From assembly GCA_964411255.1 (NCBI GenBank), contig CAYPKD010000002.1, positions 98,141 through 162,140 on the forward strand: DNA of 64,000 bases, given 5' to 3'. Position 1 is the first letter of the stretch. Each line of letters begins with the position of its first letter. Positions 36,386-45,619 of the stretch are shown here, one piece after another. The notes below the pieces were generated by a model. The model was given only the letters and a program-made list of their open reading frames with translations. It made no database searches and had not been told where the DNA came from. Made by a program: the position numbers and the translations under genes. Source of the stretch: an uncultured Gammaproteobacteria bacterium (GTDB taxonomy: Bacteria > Patescibacteriota > Patescibacteriia > UBA11705 > DATKZF01).

Positions 36386-36877
36386 CTTTATGGTATAATT
36401 AGTAACAGAGAAACAAAGAAATTTATAAAAAGATATATTACATGTCTAATACAATTTTTCGTTTTAGAGAATTCCCTGTATATAACGATGCCAGGAAATT
36501 TAGAGCAGATTTGAAAAAATTATCAAAAGAAAAATTTCCTTCAGAAGAACAATACATTTTAAGAAGACAGCTTTGGCGAGCATTAGATTCAATAATATTA
36601 AATATTGCAGAGGGAGCAGATAAGCATTCTGATAAGGATTTCAGTCATTATCTAAATCATGCTCTTGGATCAATTAATGAAGTTATCGGATGCTTAGATT
36701 GCGCCTTAGATGATTATTATATTGAAATCACTGAACATAAAAGGTATTTAGAACAAGCTGAAAACATTATTAAACAATTAAAAGCATTTATTTCCAAGCT
36801 TAGAAAAGATGATAAACGTTTTTAGTTTTTATTTGTGTTTCTTTGTTTCTATGTGCTTTTGTTAATTTTATGCCAAA
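36386..36877 (+). repeat. ~0.5-kb direct duplication, copy 1 (promoter plus four-helix-bundle gene plus 5' end of next gene)
   Basis: near-identical to 39193-39697 (few substitutions, one 16-bp tandem insertion in copy 2). Confidence 0.9.
36442..36825 (+). CDS. four-helix-bundle protein (23S rRNA IVS protein / Avd-like family)
   Basis: LDSIILNIAEGADKHSDKDFSHYLNHALGSINEV matches the family core motif (NIAEG...S.KDF); extended -10 TATGGTATAAT at 36388-36398. Confidence 0.7.
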   Translation: MSNTIFRFREFPVYNDARKFRADLKKLSKEKFPSEEQYILRRQLWRALDSIILNIAEGADKHSDKDFSHYLNHALGSINEVIGCLDCALDDYYIEITEHKRYLEQAENIIKQLKAFISKLRKDDKRF

Positions 36878-37541
36878 CAAAAAATTTAAACCGTCAATGA
36901 TACCAATTTATGTAATTTTGGCCATTGCTATTATTACAGTCACTTTTTTAATAGTAGGCGGCGCATATTTGTGGCACTATTCTTTAATTACAAAAATCGA
37001 CACTTTAGAGCAAAATCAGGCTGTTTTAGAGCAAAAAATAGAGTATATACAACCAAAGGCAACTGAAGAAGAGATTATTAAAAAAGAAAAAGACAGCATT
37101 GAAGAAGAAGAAAAAGGATTCATCGAAGTAAAGGATTATGAATTTAAATATCCAACTGATTGGATAAAGAAAAAAGCTGAGTATTCGAAATATTCTGATA
37201 GTGTAGATTTTAATTTTTATGATCAATCAAATAATTTAATCGCTATGCTTGCCTGCCCAATACCGGAAATTGGATTTGAAGCAATGATCTACGAAGAGAC
37301 TAAAAGGCATATAAAAAAAAATAATAAGACATATGAAATTTTATTATGGGAAGGTAAAATCAGACCAGAATTGATAGAGCCAGATTTTGATCAGCCTGAA
37401 GAAGAAATGATTATTTTTATGAGAGAAAGCGATTGGCTGGATTCTGGAACAGATAGTTATATGAATTCATGCATGTTAATAATCAGACATTTGGATGACC
37501 TGGTAGGTACAGCTCAAGATATTTATCATTCAATTAAATAA
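36870..37541 (+). CDS. membrane-anchored paralogue (conserved MPNKKFKPSMIPIYVIL... anchor, variable ectodomain)
   Basis: start at the internal Met of the 36843 ORF, by analogy with 37547 and 38400; C-terminal domain homologous to the 41147 protein (YEFKYP..W...GFEAM.YEET). Confidence 0.7.
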   Translation: MPNKKFKPSMIPIYVILAIAIITVTFLIVGGAYLWHYSLITKIDTLEQNQAVLEQKIEYIQPKATEEEIIKKEKDSIEEEEKGFIEVKDYEFKYPTDWIKKKAEYSKYSDSVDFNFYDQSNNLIAMLACPIPEIGFEAMIYEETKRHIKKNNKTYEILLWEGKIRPELIEPDFDQPEEEMIIFMRESDWLDSGTDSYMNSCMLIIRHLDDLVGTAQDIYHSIK

Positions 37542-37546
37542 ATTTT

Positions 37547-38350
37547 ATGCCAAAGAAAAAATTCAAACCATCAATGATACCAATTTATGTGATTTTAGTA
37601 ATTGCTATTATTACAGTCACGTTTTTAATCGTAGGCGGAGCATATTTATGGCACTATTCTTTAATAACAAAAATCGACACTTTAGAACAAAGTCAGGCTG
37701 TTCTACAGCAAAAATTAAATGCTACCGCTGATGCTGAAGAAGATGAAGCTACAGATACTGAAGAAGAAGATGTTGAAGAAGCAGTTCAGCAAGATTTATC
37801 TCCATTAAAATCAGCTATAGAGGCTGAGGAAATAGCGCAGGATTATCAATATAGGCATGGTCAGCTAGAAGGTTTTATTTCACTTGAAAAAGGCAATTCG
37901 CTTGTTTTTGCAAAAAAAGCATTGGCAAAACTGTATGAAAATGAAGAAATTATTCAAGGCTTTTATTTTCCAAAAAGTCCGGCAAATGAAAATGTAATCT
38001 TTTTATCAACCAGCGTGGATGCATATAACCTGAAAACTCCCCATCTAAATAAAATTTATTCTTATAATATAAAAACAGGGGAAATAACTGAACTTTATGA
38101 GGAAAAAGTGACCAATGACCGATTATTGCGAACAATGGGTATTGAAGGATCAAAGCTAATTTTAATGGTAGATATGATTGATAATTCTCCTGGCCCTTGT
38201 TTTTCAATCTGGGCTCATTGGGATGATTTTGAATATCTTGAATTATCAGATGTTAATGCTGGTTTAGAATCTTATAAAGTCCCAGCGTATCAGGTAAATG
38301 AAGGCAGAAAGGAAAGTGAAAAGTGCGAAGAACAAATGAAGCAAGACTAA
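37547..38350 (+). CDS. membrane-anchored paralogue
   Basis: first ~55 aa ~90% identical to the 36870 and 38400 proteins; acidic linker; distinct ectodomain. Confidence 0.7.
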   Translation: MPKKKFKPSMIPIYVILVIAIITVTFLIVGGAYLWHYSLITKIDTLEQSQAVLQQKLNATADAEEDEATDTEEEDVEEAVQQDLSPLKSAIEAEEIAQDYQYRHGQLEGFISLEKGNSLVFAKKALAKLYENEEIIQGFYFPKSPANENVIFLSTSVDAYNLKTPHLNKIYSYNIKTGEITELYEEKVTNDRLLRTMGIEGSKLILMVDMIDNSPGPCFSIWAHWDDFEYLELSDVNAGLESYKVPAYQVNEGRKESEKCEEQMKQD

Positions 38351-38399
38351 TATTTATAACTATCTTTTAAAAAAATAAAAATAATAAATTCGTAACCTT

Positions 38400-39080
38400 A
38401 TGCCAAAGAAAAAATTTAAACCGTCAATGATTCCAATTTATGTAATTTTAGCCATTGCTATTATTACAGTCGCATTCCTTATTGTTGGCGGAGCCTATTT
38501 ATGGCACTATTCTTTAATAACAAAAATTGACACATTAGAGCAAAATCAGGCTGCTTTAGAGCTGGAGATTAAGAAAGCAAAGCCAGAGGCTGATAAAAAG
38601 GTGGAGGAGGTTGATGATGAAGTAGATGGAGAGGATGAAATAGGGGTAACTGATAAAGTATTTGAAGGTGATGGTTTCTCATTCATATATCCAGAAAAAT
38701 TTATTGCTGATGAAAAAGGACTTTGGACAAAAGAAGGATATGACCGCCATATTAATCCGTCCTATGGATGTGATACGTGTCAAATCCCGGAAATTGAAAT
38801 AAAGTCAGTGTCTACTTCTATTTCTTTGGAAAAATACATTCTTTCAGATTATGATTTGCCTGGCAATACCTTAAAGGAGATGACAAAACAAATAAATATT
38901 CCATATTCAACTATGAATCTGGGAGATAATGAGTTTATAAAAATTACTGTTGGAGACATGTATAATTTAACAGGGTATTATACAAAAGATGATAAGAACA
39001 TTGTTGCTTTTAGAGTCTATTTTGACAGTAGAGACACCTCAGAGTTAAGAGAGATTATTTCATCATTAAAGTTTGATTAA
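38400..39080 (+). CDS. membrane-anchored paralogue
   Basis: same conserved anchor; distinct ectodomain. Confidence 0.7.
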   Translation: MPKKKFKPSMIPIYVILAIAIITVAFLIVGGAYLWHYSLITKIDTLEQNQAALELEIKKAKPEADKKVEEVDDEVDGEDEIGVTDKVFEGDGFSFIYPEKFIADEKGLWTKEGYDRHINPSYGCDTCQIPEIEIKSVSTSISLEKYILSDYDLPGNTLKEMTKQINIPYSTMNLGDNEFIKITVGDMYNLTGYYTKDDKNIVAFRVYFDSRDTSELREIISSLKFD

Positions 39081-39192
39081 ATTAATTATACAAAAAAACC
39101 AGCGTAGTTTCTATGTTGGTTTTTTAGTTACAAGGTTGGAATAGAATTTTATTTATACACAAGAAAATAATAAATAATTACAAATATTAGCG

Positions 39193-39697
39193 TTTATGGT
39201 ATAATTAGTAACAGAGAAACAGAAGAACAGAGAAACAAAGAAATTTTTAAAGATATATAACATGTCTAATACTATTTTTCGTTTTAGAGAATTCCCTGTA
39301 TATAAGGATGCCAGGAAATTTAGAGCAGATTTGAAAAAATTATCAAAAGAAAAATTTCCTTCAGAAGAACAATACATTTTAAGAAGACAGCTTTGGCGAG
39401 CATTAGATTCAATAATATTAAATATTGCAGAGGGAGCAGATAAGCATTCTGATAAGGATTTCAGTCATTATCTAAATCATGCTCTTGGATCAATTAATGA
39501 AGTTATCGGATGCTTAGATTGCGCCTTAGATGATTATTATATTGAAATCACTGAACATAAAAGGTATTTAGAACAAGCTGAAAACATTATTAAACAATTA
39601 AAAGCATTTATTTCCAAGCTTAGAAAAGATGATAAACGTTTTTAGTTTTTATTTGTGTTTCTTTGTTTCTATGTGCTTTTGTTAATTTTATGCCAAA
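39193..39697 (+). repeat. ~0.5-kb direct duplication, copy 2
   Basis: see copy 1; contains an extra GAAGAACAGAGAAACA tandem insertion. Confidence 0.9.
39262..39645 (+). CDS. four-helix-bundle protein (Avd-like), second copy
   Basis: identical to the 36442 product except N15K. Confidence 0.7.
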   Translation: MSNTIFRFREFPVYKDARKFRADLKKLSKEKFPSEEQYILRRQLWRALDSIILNIAEGADKHSDKDFSHYLNHALGSINEVIGCLDCALDDYYIEITEHKRYLEQAENIIKQLKAFISKLRKDDKRF

Positions 39698-40445
39698 GAA
39701 AAAGAAAACAAAAAACAAAACAGATTTTAAAATCATTCCATTTATTACAATGGTTATTTCAGGCCTGACATTGCTTTTTGTATTGATTAGCGTGGGTTAT
39801 ATTTTATATTACACAGCAGTGCTTACGCCTATTTTTCAGTTAGCCCAGAATCAAATGATTATACAGCAGGAAATTATTGATTTAACTGATGAGATTAAGA
39901 TAGCGGATGGAGATTCTGATCAAGGTGAAGTTATTCAAATCAGAGAGACCAATGCAACTGACAGCTGGATAGATTATTTTGATAATGATTTAGGAATTGC
40001 CATAAAATATCCAAAAGATTTTTTTCATCAAGAACCAAAGGTTACAGAAATTTCATGTAAAGATGTTAATTTTCCGAGAGAATGTCCCAAAATTGATCAG
40101 GCGGTTGAAGTTGTGACAGGCAGTCCTATTGAAAATTCTTTAGCTGCAGGTTTGCCAACTTCATATTATTGGCATAATCCAAATGGTGAAAAGGTAATGA
40201 TTAATAATGATTCATATTGCTTGTATCGCCATGTTGAAGGAGCAGCAGGTTCCACTTTTGTAAGTTATTATTATACAACCGTTTCGAAAAATATGTGTAA
40301 AGTAATTAATTTAGTTGTAAAATATCAAAATTGTAGTATTCTGGGATCTAAAGGTGATGAGGATTATGAAAAATGTATAATGGAAAATGAACAGACAACG
40401 CCAGATGTGATTGATAAAGTTATTTCAACTTTAGAATTTAATTAA
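39690..40445 (+). CDS. membrane-anchored paralogue (second sub-array)
   Basis: MPKKKKTKNKTDFKIIPFITMVISGLTLLF anchor (start at the internal Met of the 39663 ORF); Cys-containing ectodomain. Confidence 0.65.
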   Translation: MPKKKKTKNKTDFKIIPFITMVISGLTLLFVLISVGYILYYTAVLTPIFQLAQNQMIIQQEIIDLTDEIKIADGDSDQGEVIQIRETNATDSWIDYFDNDLGIAIKYPKDFFHQEPKVTEISCKDVNFPRECPKIDQAVEVVTGSPIENSLAAGLPTSYYWHNPNGEKVMINNDSYCLYRHVEGAAGSTFVSYYYTTVSKNMCKVINLVVKYQNCSILGSKGDEDYEKCIMENEQTTPDVIDKVISTLEFN

Positions 40446-40461
40446 ATATTTATTTATCATT

Positions 40462-41127
40462 ATGCCAAACAAAAAAAACAAAAAACAATTACTAATAGTT
40501 CCATGGATAACAATGATAATTTCAGGTGTAGTTCTGATTTTTGTCATTGTTATTTTCGGTTATTTAGCTTATTACACTACTGTGCTCGAACCAATTTTAA
40601 AACTATCTGACCATCAGGCTCTTTTAGAACAAAAGATTGAAAAAGTGCAGCCAGACGTTGATTTAGAAGAGGTGGTGGAAGAAGATGCTGTTGTTGTTGA
40701 GGAAATGAATGTTTATACTAGTAGGATTTTTGATTTTCAATTTGAATATTCAAAAAATTGGGTTATTGATGATTCATATTCAGATTTATTAAACTTTCTA
40801 TTAGTAAAATTGGAAGATAGGTCAATTACCACAAAAAGTCCGTTTTCTGATTACGCATCATTATGGGTTGAAGTTAATAGTCCAGGTAGGGGAATAGAGT
40901 ATTTTAATACAGTAATCAGCACTGATAAAATTATTGTTGATGGTATTATTGCTGATAGACAGGAAATTTCAGGTATTTATGATAATAATAAAATAAATGC
41001 ATATGTAGTTAGATTTGAAAAGGGAGGCGATTCATATTTCATTCATTATCAAGTTGATTCAAAGAAATGGCAAGAAAATAAAAAGAAATTTAATACTTTC
41101 CTTAGTAGTTTTGAATTTATTGATTAA
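40462..41127 (+). CDS. membrane-anchored paralogue
   Basis: anchor MPNKKNKKQLLIVPWITMIISGVVLIF similar to 39690; ectodomain resembles the 34983 protein (FDFQFEYSKNW). Confidence 0.65.
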   Translation: MPNKKNKKQLLIVPWITMIISGVVLIFVIVIFGYLAYYTTVLEPILKLSDHQALLEQKIEKVQPDVDLEEVVEEDAVVVEEMNVYTSRIFDFQFEYSKNWVIDDSYSDLLNFLLVKLEDRSITTKSPFSDYASLWVEVNSPGRGIEYFNTVISTDKIIVDGIIADRQEISGIYDNNKINAYVVRFEKGGDSYFIHYQVDSKKWQENKKKFNTFLSSFEFID

Positions 41128-41146
41128 TATTTTGACTTAAAAAAAT

Positions 41147-41854
41147 ATGCCTGAAAAAACCAAAACAAATAAACCAGATAATAAATCCGCATTTAACGCC
41201 TGGGCGCTTATTGCAGCAATTTTAATTACAGTTATTTTTGTCGGAATTATACTGATCTGGCAAAATAATGCAATGAAGCAATTAAAAAATGAAGTTGCTG
41301 GCACTCAGAAAACTTTATCTCAAAAAGTTGAGAAAATTGAAAATGGAACATCTAAAGAAACAGTAGTAACTGAAGCAGAAGCAGATCCAACAGAAGATTG
41401 GGAAACATTTAGTATTGCTGGATATGAATTCATTTATCCAGATAGCTGGACTTATACTGAGCAGGAATCGCAAGTTCCAGGCCAGACTATTTATGGATTT
41501 TACGATGAAAATGATGTTAGAGTAGGATTATTGTTTACGCCTGTTTTAGAAACCGGATTTGAAGCTATGGTTTATGAAGAAACAAACCGACTTTATAAAA
41601 AGAAAGATGATGTCTACACAATAAAATTATTAGAAGGCCGGCCAGATTTAACTGAATATCCGGAATATTATGAGCAATTACCTGAAAAAGAAATGATTAT
41701 TATAATGCAGGAGAAAAAGCCTCCTCAGGAGTTTTATCAGGGGGATTTCCCGGAAAGTTTGTCTGATGATGGTTCAGTTTTATTAATTATTAGAAATTTA
41801 GATGAAACAACCATGGTGGAGATAGCAGATCTAATTTATGAATCAATAGAGTAG
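41147..41854 (+). CDS. membrane-anchored paralogue
   Basis: TM anchor; C-terminal domain homologous to the 36870 protein. Confidence 0.65.
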   Translation: MPEKTKTNKPDNKSAFNAWALIAAILITVIFVGIILIWQNNAMKQLKNEVAGTQKTLSQKVEKIENGTSKETVVTEAEADPTEDWETFSIAGYEFIYPDSWTYTEQESQVPGQTIYGFYDENDVRVGLLFTPVLETGFEAMVYEETNRLYKKKDDVYTIKLLEGRPDLTEYPEYYEQLPEKEMIIIMQEKKPPQEFYQGDFPESLSDDGSVLLIIRNLDETTMVEIADLIYESIE

Positions 41855-41855
41855 T

Positions 41856-42422
41856 ATGATTAAATCAAGAGCTATAATTTTAGTATTTGTATTTTTAATT
41901 ATTGGTGTAGGCATATATTTGCTATACCTTGGTTTAGAGGATACTGAAATAATTCCTGATGATGGTAAAATTACAAATTTTGAACAGTGTGCTGCTGCTG
42001 GTAATCCAGTAATGGAAAGTTATCCACGGCAATGCAGAGCTGATGGTCAAACGTTTGTAGAGGAAATTGATGATATGCCTGCAACAGAAGACGAAACCAT
42101 AGATGTTAATCAAAAAGATTTAGATCCCTTGGATGATCTTGGGAATAGCGCTCAATTAGCCAATCCTGCATCAGTCTATTGTGAACAAGAGGGTGGTGAG
42201 ATAGAGAATAGGGAATTTGAAGATGGTACTGCAGGGTTCTGCCTGTTTGAAGATGGTTCAGAATGTGGGCAATGGGCATTTTATAGAAATGAATGCAATC
42301 CTGGCCAGAATTTTTGCAAAGATATGTGTGGTGATGGCAGATGCGACGAAGTGGTTTGCGAGGCTGTAGGCTGTCCGTGTGGTGAAACACCAAAAGGATG
42401 CCCTGCTGATTGCCGGAAATAA
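41856..42422 (+). CDS. membrane-anchored Cys-rich protein with DUF333-like (putative hemolysin) module
   Basis: ANPASVYCEQEGGEIE...DGTAGFCLFEDGSECGQWAFYRNEC resembles the DUF333 consensus (from memory). Confidence 0.55.
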   Translation: MIKSRAIILVFVFLIIGVGIYLLYLGLEDTEIIPDDGKITNFEQCAAAGNPVMESYPRQCRADGQTFVEEIDDMPATEDETIDVNQKDLDPLDDLGNSAQLANPASVYCEQEGGEIENREFEDGTAGFCLFEDGSECGQWAFYRNECNPGQNFCKDMCGDGRCDEVVCEAVGCPCGETPKGCPADCRK

Positions 42423-42472
42423 CGCAATATAACACAAACAATAACGCACACATAACGCATAATAACGCAATA
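42419..42472 (+). repeat. tandem TAAC(G/A)CA repeats x5 starting at the stop codon of the 41856 gene
   Basis: ATAACGCA / ATAACACA units with 8-11 bp period, read directly. Confidence 0.8.
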
Positions 42473-42497
42473 TATCGAAAAGACCGAAATAACCAGG
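42468..42497 (+). terminator. intrinsic terminator
   Basis: AAGACC-GAAATAACC-AGGTCTT plus T8. Confidence 0.55.
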
Positions 42498-42592
42498 TCT
42501 TTTTTTTATTCTTCCTGTTTATAACTCTCTTGAAAATAGATTAATCAGCTGCTATAATTTTGTTGTGTATTTTTAAATTAATATCGTAAAGT

Positions 42593-44143
42593 ATGACATT
42601 TTTTCAAGATGTTTTTTTATTTTTCAAAAGGGTTTGCAATTTTTTTCCTTTAAAGATTTTGCCAAATTTCAAAAGTATCCGAAGCTGGCTGATTATAGTA
42701 TTCATAGCTGGAGCCATAGTTGTGCCGCAAGTTTGGGCCAGTCAGCCTGAGCATGCTGAAACTCCAGTTCCGGTTGCCGTTGAAGAATCTGTTGAAGTAG
42801 CTGAAGAGCATGAAACAGAATCAAGCCACGAAGGCGGACATGGAGCTGAAGCAGCAAAAACTTTCATGTGGATTGCAATAATTTTAATTGTTGCAAAACT
42901 TTCAAGCCTGGTTGAAAAAGTGGGCCAGCCTTCTGTTTTAGGTGAATTAGTAATGGGTGTGATTTTAGGAAATTTAGTATTGGTTGGCATAAACTTTTTT
43001 GAACCTTTGAAAGAAAATAATATAATTACATTTTTATCTGAATTGGGTGTTGTCATTCTATTATTCCAAATCGGTTTAGAATCAAATATTAAAGAAATGA
43101 AATCGGTTGGTATGAAAGCATTTTTAGTAGCAATTGTAGGCGTAGTAGCTCCTTTTGTCTTGGGAACATATGTTGTCGGCCCTTGGCTTTTACCAGGCTT
43201 ATCAATGAATGCCTATTTATTTTTAGGCGCAGCTTTAACAGCCACCTCAGTAGGCATTACTGCCAGGGTGTTCCAGGATCTTGGAAAGTTGAAAATCAAA
43301 GAAGCGCAAATTATTTTGGGAGCTGCGGTTATTGATGATGTTCTGGGATTGATTATTCTGGCTGTTGTTTCTGCTATGGTTACAATCGGCGCAGTTAGCA
43401 TTGGCGTGATTAGTTTGATAGTGGCAAAAGCTATTCTATTTTTGATTGGAGCTATTGTTATCGGACAATTATTAGCAAAAGTTTTGGGTCGAGTTTTTGC
43501 AAAAATCCAGACCGGAGTGGGCATGAAATTCACATTAGCCATTTGTTTTGGACTGTTATTTGCATTTTTAGCCCAAAAAATCGGATTAGCTCCAATTGTC
43601 GGCGCATTTGCTGCAGGTTTGGTGCTTGACCCAGTTCATTTTAAATATTTTAAAGACGCAAAGATTGTAAAAGACATGAAAAAGGTGGCTGCCGAGGCTC
43701 GGCCTGATGTTCGTGATAAATTTTATAATGCAATTGAACCGCATGCTCATAGACATATTGAAGATTTGATTGAGCCGATCGGCATGTTTTTAATTCCAAT
43801 TTTCTTTATTATGACTGGCATGGCCGTAAAACTTGAAACATTGTTTGATTTTAAAATATTGCTGGTTGCTTTAGGTATCACAGTTATTGCTTTTATTGGA
43901 AAATATATAACCGGTTTTGCAGCTGGGAAGGGGGTTAATAAGTCAATTATTGGTTTTGGCATGGTTCCACGGGGAGAAGTAGGTTTAATTTTCGCTACTA
44001 TTGGAAAAGGGCTTGGAGTGGTCTCAGATTCTGTATTTTCAGTTATTGTCATTATGGTAATATTTACTACACTATTAACTCCGCCAATTTTAACATTTTT
44101 ATTAAAGCGTCAAAGCAATAAACAAGCTGCTTCAGAAACATAA
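42593..44143 (+). CDS. cation:proton antiporter (CPA/Na+-H+ exchanger family)
   Basis: 516 aa, ~12 TM helices, typical CPA family sequence; N-terminal acidic/His-rich secreted stretch. Confidence 0.75.
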   Translation: MTFFQDVFLFFKRVCNFFPLKILPNFKSIRSWLIIVFIAGAIVVPQVWASQPEHAETPVPVAVEESVEVAEEHETESSHEGGHGAEAAKTFMWIAIILIVAKLSSLVEKVGQPSVLGELVMGVILGNLVLVGINFFEPLKENNIITFLSELGVVILLFQIGLESNIKEMKSVGMKAFLVAIVGVVAPFVLGTYVVGPWLLPGLSMNAYLFLGAALTATSVGITARVFQDLGKLKIKEAQIILGAAVIDDVLGLIILAVVSAMVTIGAVSIGVISLIVAKAILFLIGAIVIGQLLAKVLGRVFAKIQTGVGMKFTLAICFGLLFAFLAQKIGLAPIVGAFAAGLVLDPVHFKYFKDAKIVKDMKKVAAEARPDVRDKFYNAIEPHAHRHIEDLIEPIGMFLIPIFFIMTGMAVKLETLFDFKILLVALGITVIAFIGKYITGFAAGKGVNKSIIGFGMVPRGEVGLIFATIGKGLGVVSDSVFSVIVIMVIFTTLLTPPILTFLLKRQSNKQAASET

Positions 44144-44181
44144 CACAAATTTAACACAAAATAACACATTATAACGCAAAA
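44140..44181 (+). repeat. tandem TAACACA / TAACGCA repeats x4 starting at the stop codon of the antiporter gene
   Basis: read directly; same unit as at 42419. Confidence 0.8.
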
Positions 44182-44248
44182 AAGGGCTTACACAGTCCTT
44201 TTTTATTGACAATATTAATACTTCTATGTATAATAATCTAATTGTTTC

Positions 44249-45247
44249 TTGTCAAAAAAGGAGGGAAACATGACCTTTGAACAACTACAAGAAAAATTCG
44301 GGTTTGGCTTTGCTGTACGAGTATATGAAAATCAAACTGATCCAAAATTTTTTAAAGGTTTAAATCTAGATCAATGGGTTGAAATTGCAATGATCACCAA
44401 TGATCAAACAGATTTAAACAAGCAAGCAATGAAAAAAATTCAATCAGCTATAAAGCCTTTTCAATTTTGGGCCAAAGTTGAAAGAGAAAGAAATATTGAC
44501 TTTTGGTCATTTGAAAATGCGGAATTTACAGAGTTTGTGCGCAAACGCATGTATGAAACAGCTTATCGTTTTTGGCATTGGCTTAGCGTTTTCATATGTT
44601 ATAATAGTTTTTCAGATGATGAAAAGGAAGAAATTCTCAGGCAGTTATTTAAGTATGCCAGAAATAATACAAAAAATTTAAAGCAAATGTATAAAACAGC
44701 AGAAATTGCTTTGCCTGAAGGTTTGGATCCAGGACTGAATGATTTTAGAGAGCAAATTTTAGAAAAAATGATTGATATTGCTCAAACATTTGAAGACTGG
44801 TTTTTTATCATTGATAATTGTAAAGATGGTTATCGATATGTTGATAAAATTATGCCTTTGATTCAAACTCCATCACAATGGTGGAAAGCCTGGTTGAAAT
44901 TTCTATATTGTTTTGATGATTTTAGGCAAAAAGCTTTTTATAAACTTGAGGAGCTCTGCAGCAGCTTTGATGATTGGTATCAATTCTATTGTAGATTTGC
45001 TAGACTTGATAAAAGCTTGAGATTCAAAGTTTTTCATTACATGATGAATACGGCAAATAGTAAGCTAGAGTGGTGGATCACATACAAAGTGGCCAGCAAG
45101 TTTGATGATTTTGATACATATTTAGAAGTTGTAAAAAAACTATTAGAGCATGATTTATCAATAGAGCAGTATGCAGAAATGTGGGAGGATGCGTCTGATT
45201 GGGATGATCAGGAAATGATTATTGTAGCAATTCAAAAGAGAATTTAA
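44249..45247 (+). CDS. hypothetical protein (Trp/Phe-rich, alpha-helical)
   Basis: 332-aa ORF with AGGAGG RBS; no motif recognised. Confidence 0.55.
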   Translation: MSKKEGNMTFEQLQEKFGFGFAVRVYENQTDPKFFKGLNLDQWVEIAMITNDQTDLNKQAMKKIQSAIKPFQFWAKVERERNIDFWSFENAEFTEFVRKRMYETAYRFWHWLSVFICYNSFSDDEKEEILRQLFKYARNNTKNLKQMYKTAEIALPEGLDPGLNDFREQILEKMIDIAQTFEDWFFIIDNCKDGYRYVDKIMPLIQTPSQWWKAWLKFLYCFDDFRQKAFYKLEELCSSFDDWYQFYCRFARLDKSLRFKVFHYMMNTANSKLEWWITYKVASKFDDFDTYLEVVKKLLEHDLSIEQYAEMWEDASDWDDQEMIIVAIQKRI

Positions 45248-45256
45248 ATTACATGA

Positions 45257-45283
45257 CCAGCTAAACTGAGCTGGTTTTTTTTA
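45257..45283 (+). terminator. intrinsic terminator with CTAAACTGAG loop
   Basis: CCAGC-TAAACTGA-GCTGG plus T9. Confidence 0.6.
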
Positions 45284-45313
45284 TAAATTTAATAATATTT
45301 ATTTTTACTTATG

Positions 45314-45478
45314 CAGGCGAAAGCCTGCGTTGCCTTTTCCAATGTTGGCTTGCGCCAAGTTACTTTTTGGCGCCAAAAAGTAACCAAAAACCGCTGGGGG
45401 GCTTCAAATGCGAAGTAATGATGATGTTTCCATCTCGCTCCGGGGGCAATCAGCCCCCCAGACCCCCGTTGCGATAGA
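45314..45478 (+). ncRNA. GC-rich structured element, copy B (candidate novel ncRNA or miniature repeat)
   Basis: paralogue of 36149-36315; here CAGGC-GAAA-GCCTG and the perfect 26-nt palindrome GTTACTTTTTGGCGCCAAAAAGTAAC; bracketed by terminators at 45257 and 45502. Confidence 0.3.
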
Positions 45479-45501
45479 TTAAAAATCGCTTTAACATATA
45501 C

Positions 45502-45529
45502 AACCAGCTAAACTGAGTTGGTTTTTTTA
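45502..45529 (+). terminator. intrinsic terminator with CTAAACTGAG loop
   Basis: AACCAGC-TAAACTGA-GTTGGTT plus T7. Confidence 0.6.
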
Positions 45530-45619
45530 ATTTATTCTCGCATTTTGAATAATTAAATGCTAAAATAAAATGTAGTTCTTTGTAAAAAAGCGCAGTTTGA
45601 TCTGCATAGGGAGTAGTAA

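Noticed and set aside
36442-42422. Complete diversity-generating retroelement (DGR) suggested by the Avd-like genes
   Set aside because: No reverse transcriptase ORF and no obvious template/variable repeat pair with adenine-specific mismatches in the window; treated as Avd-like standalone plus a recombination-based paralogue array
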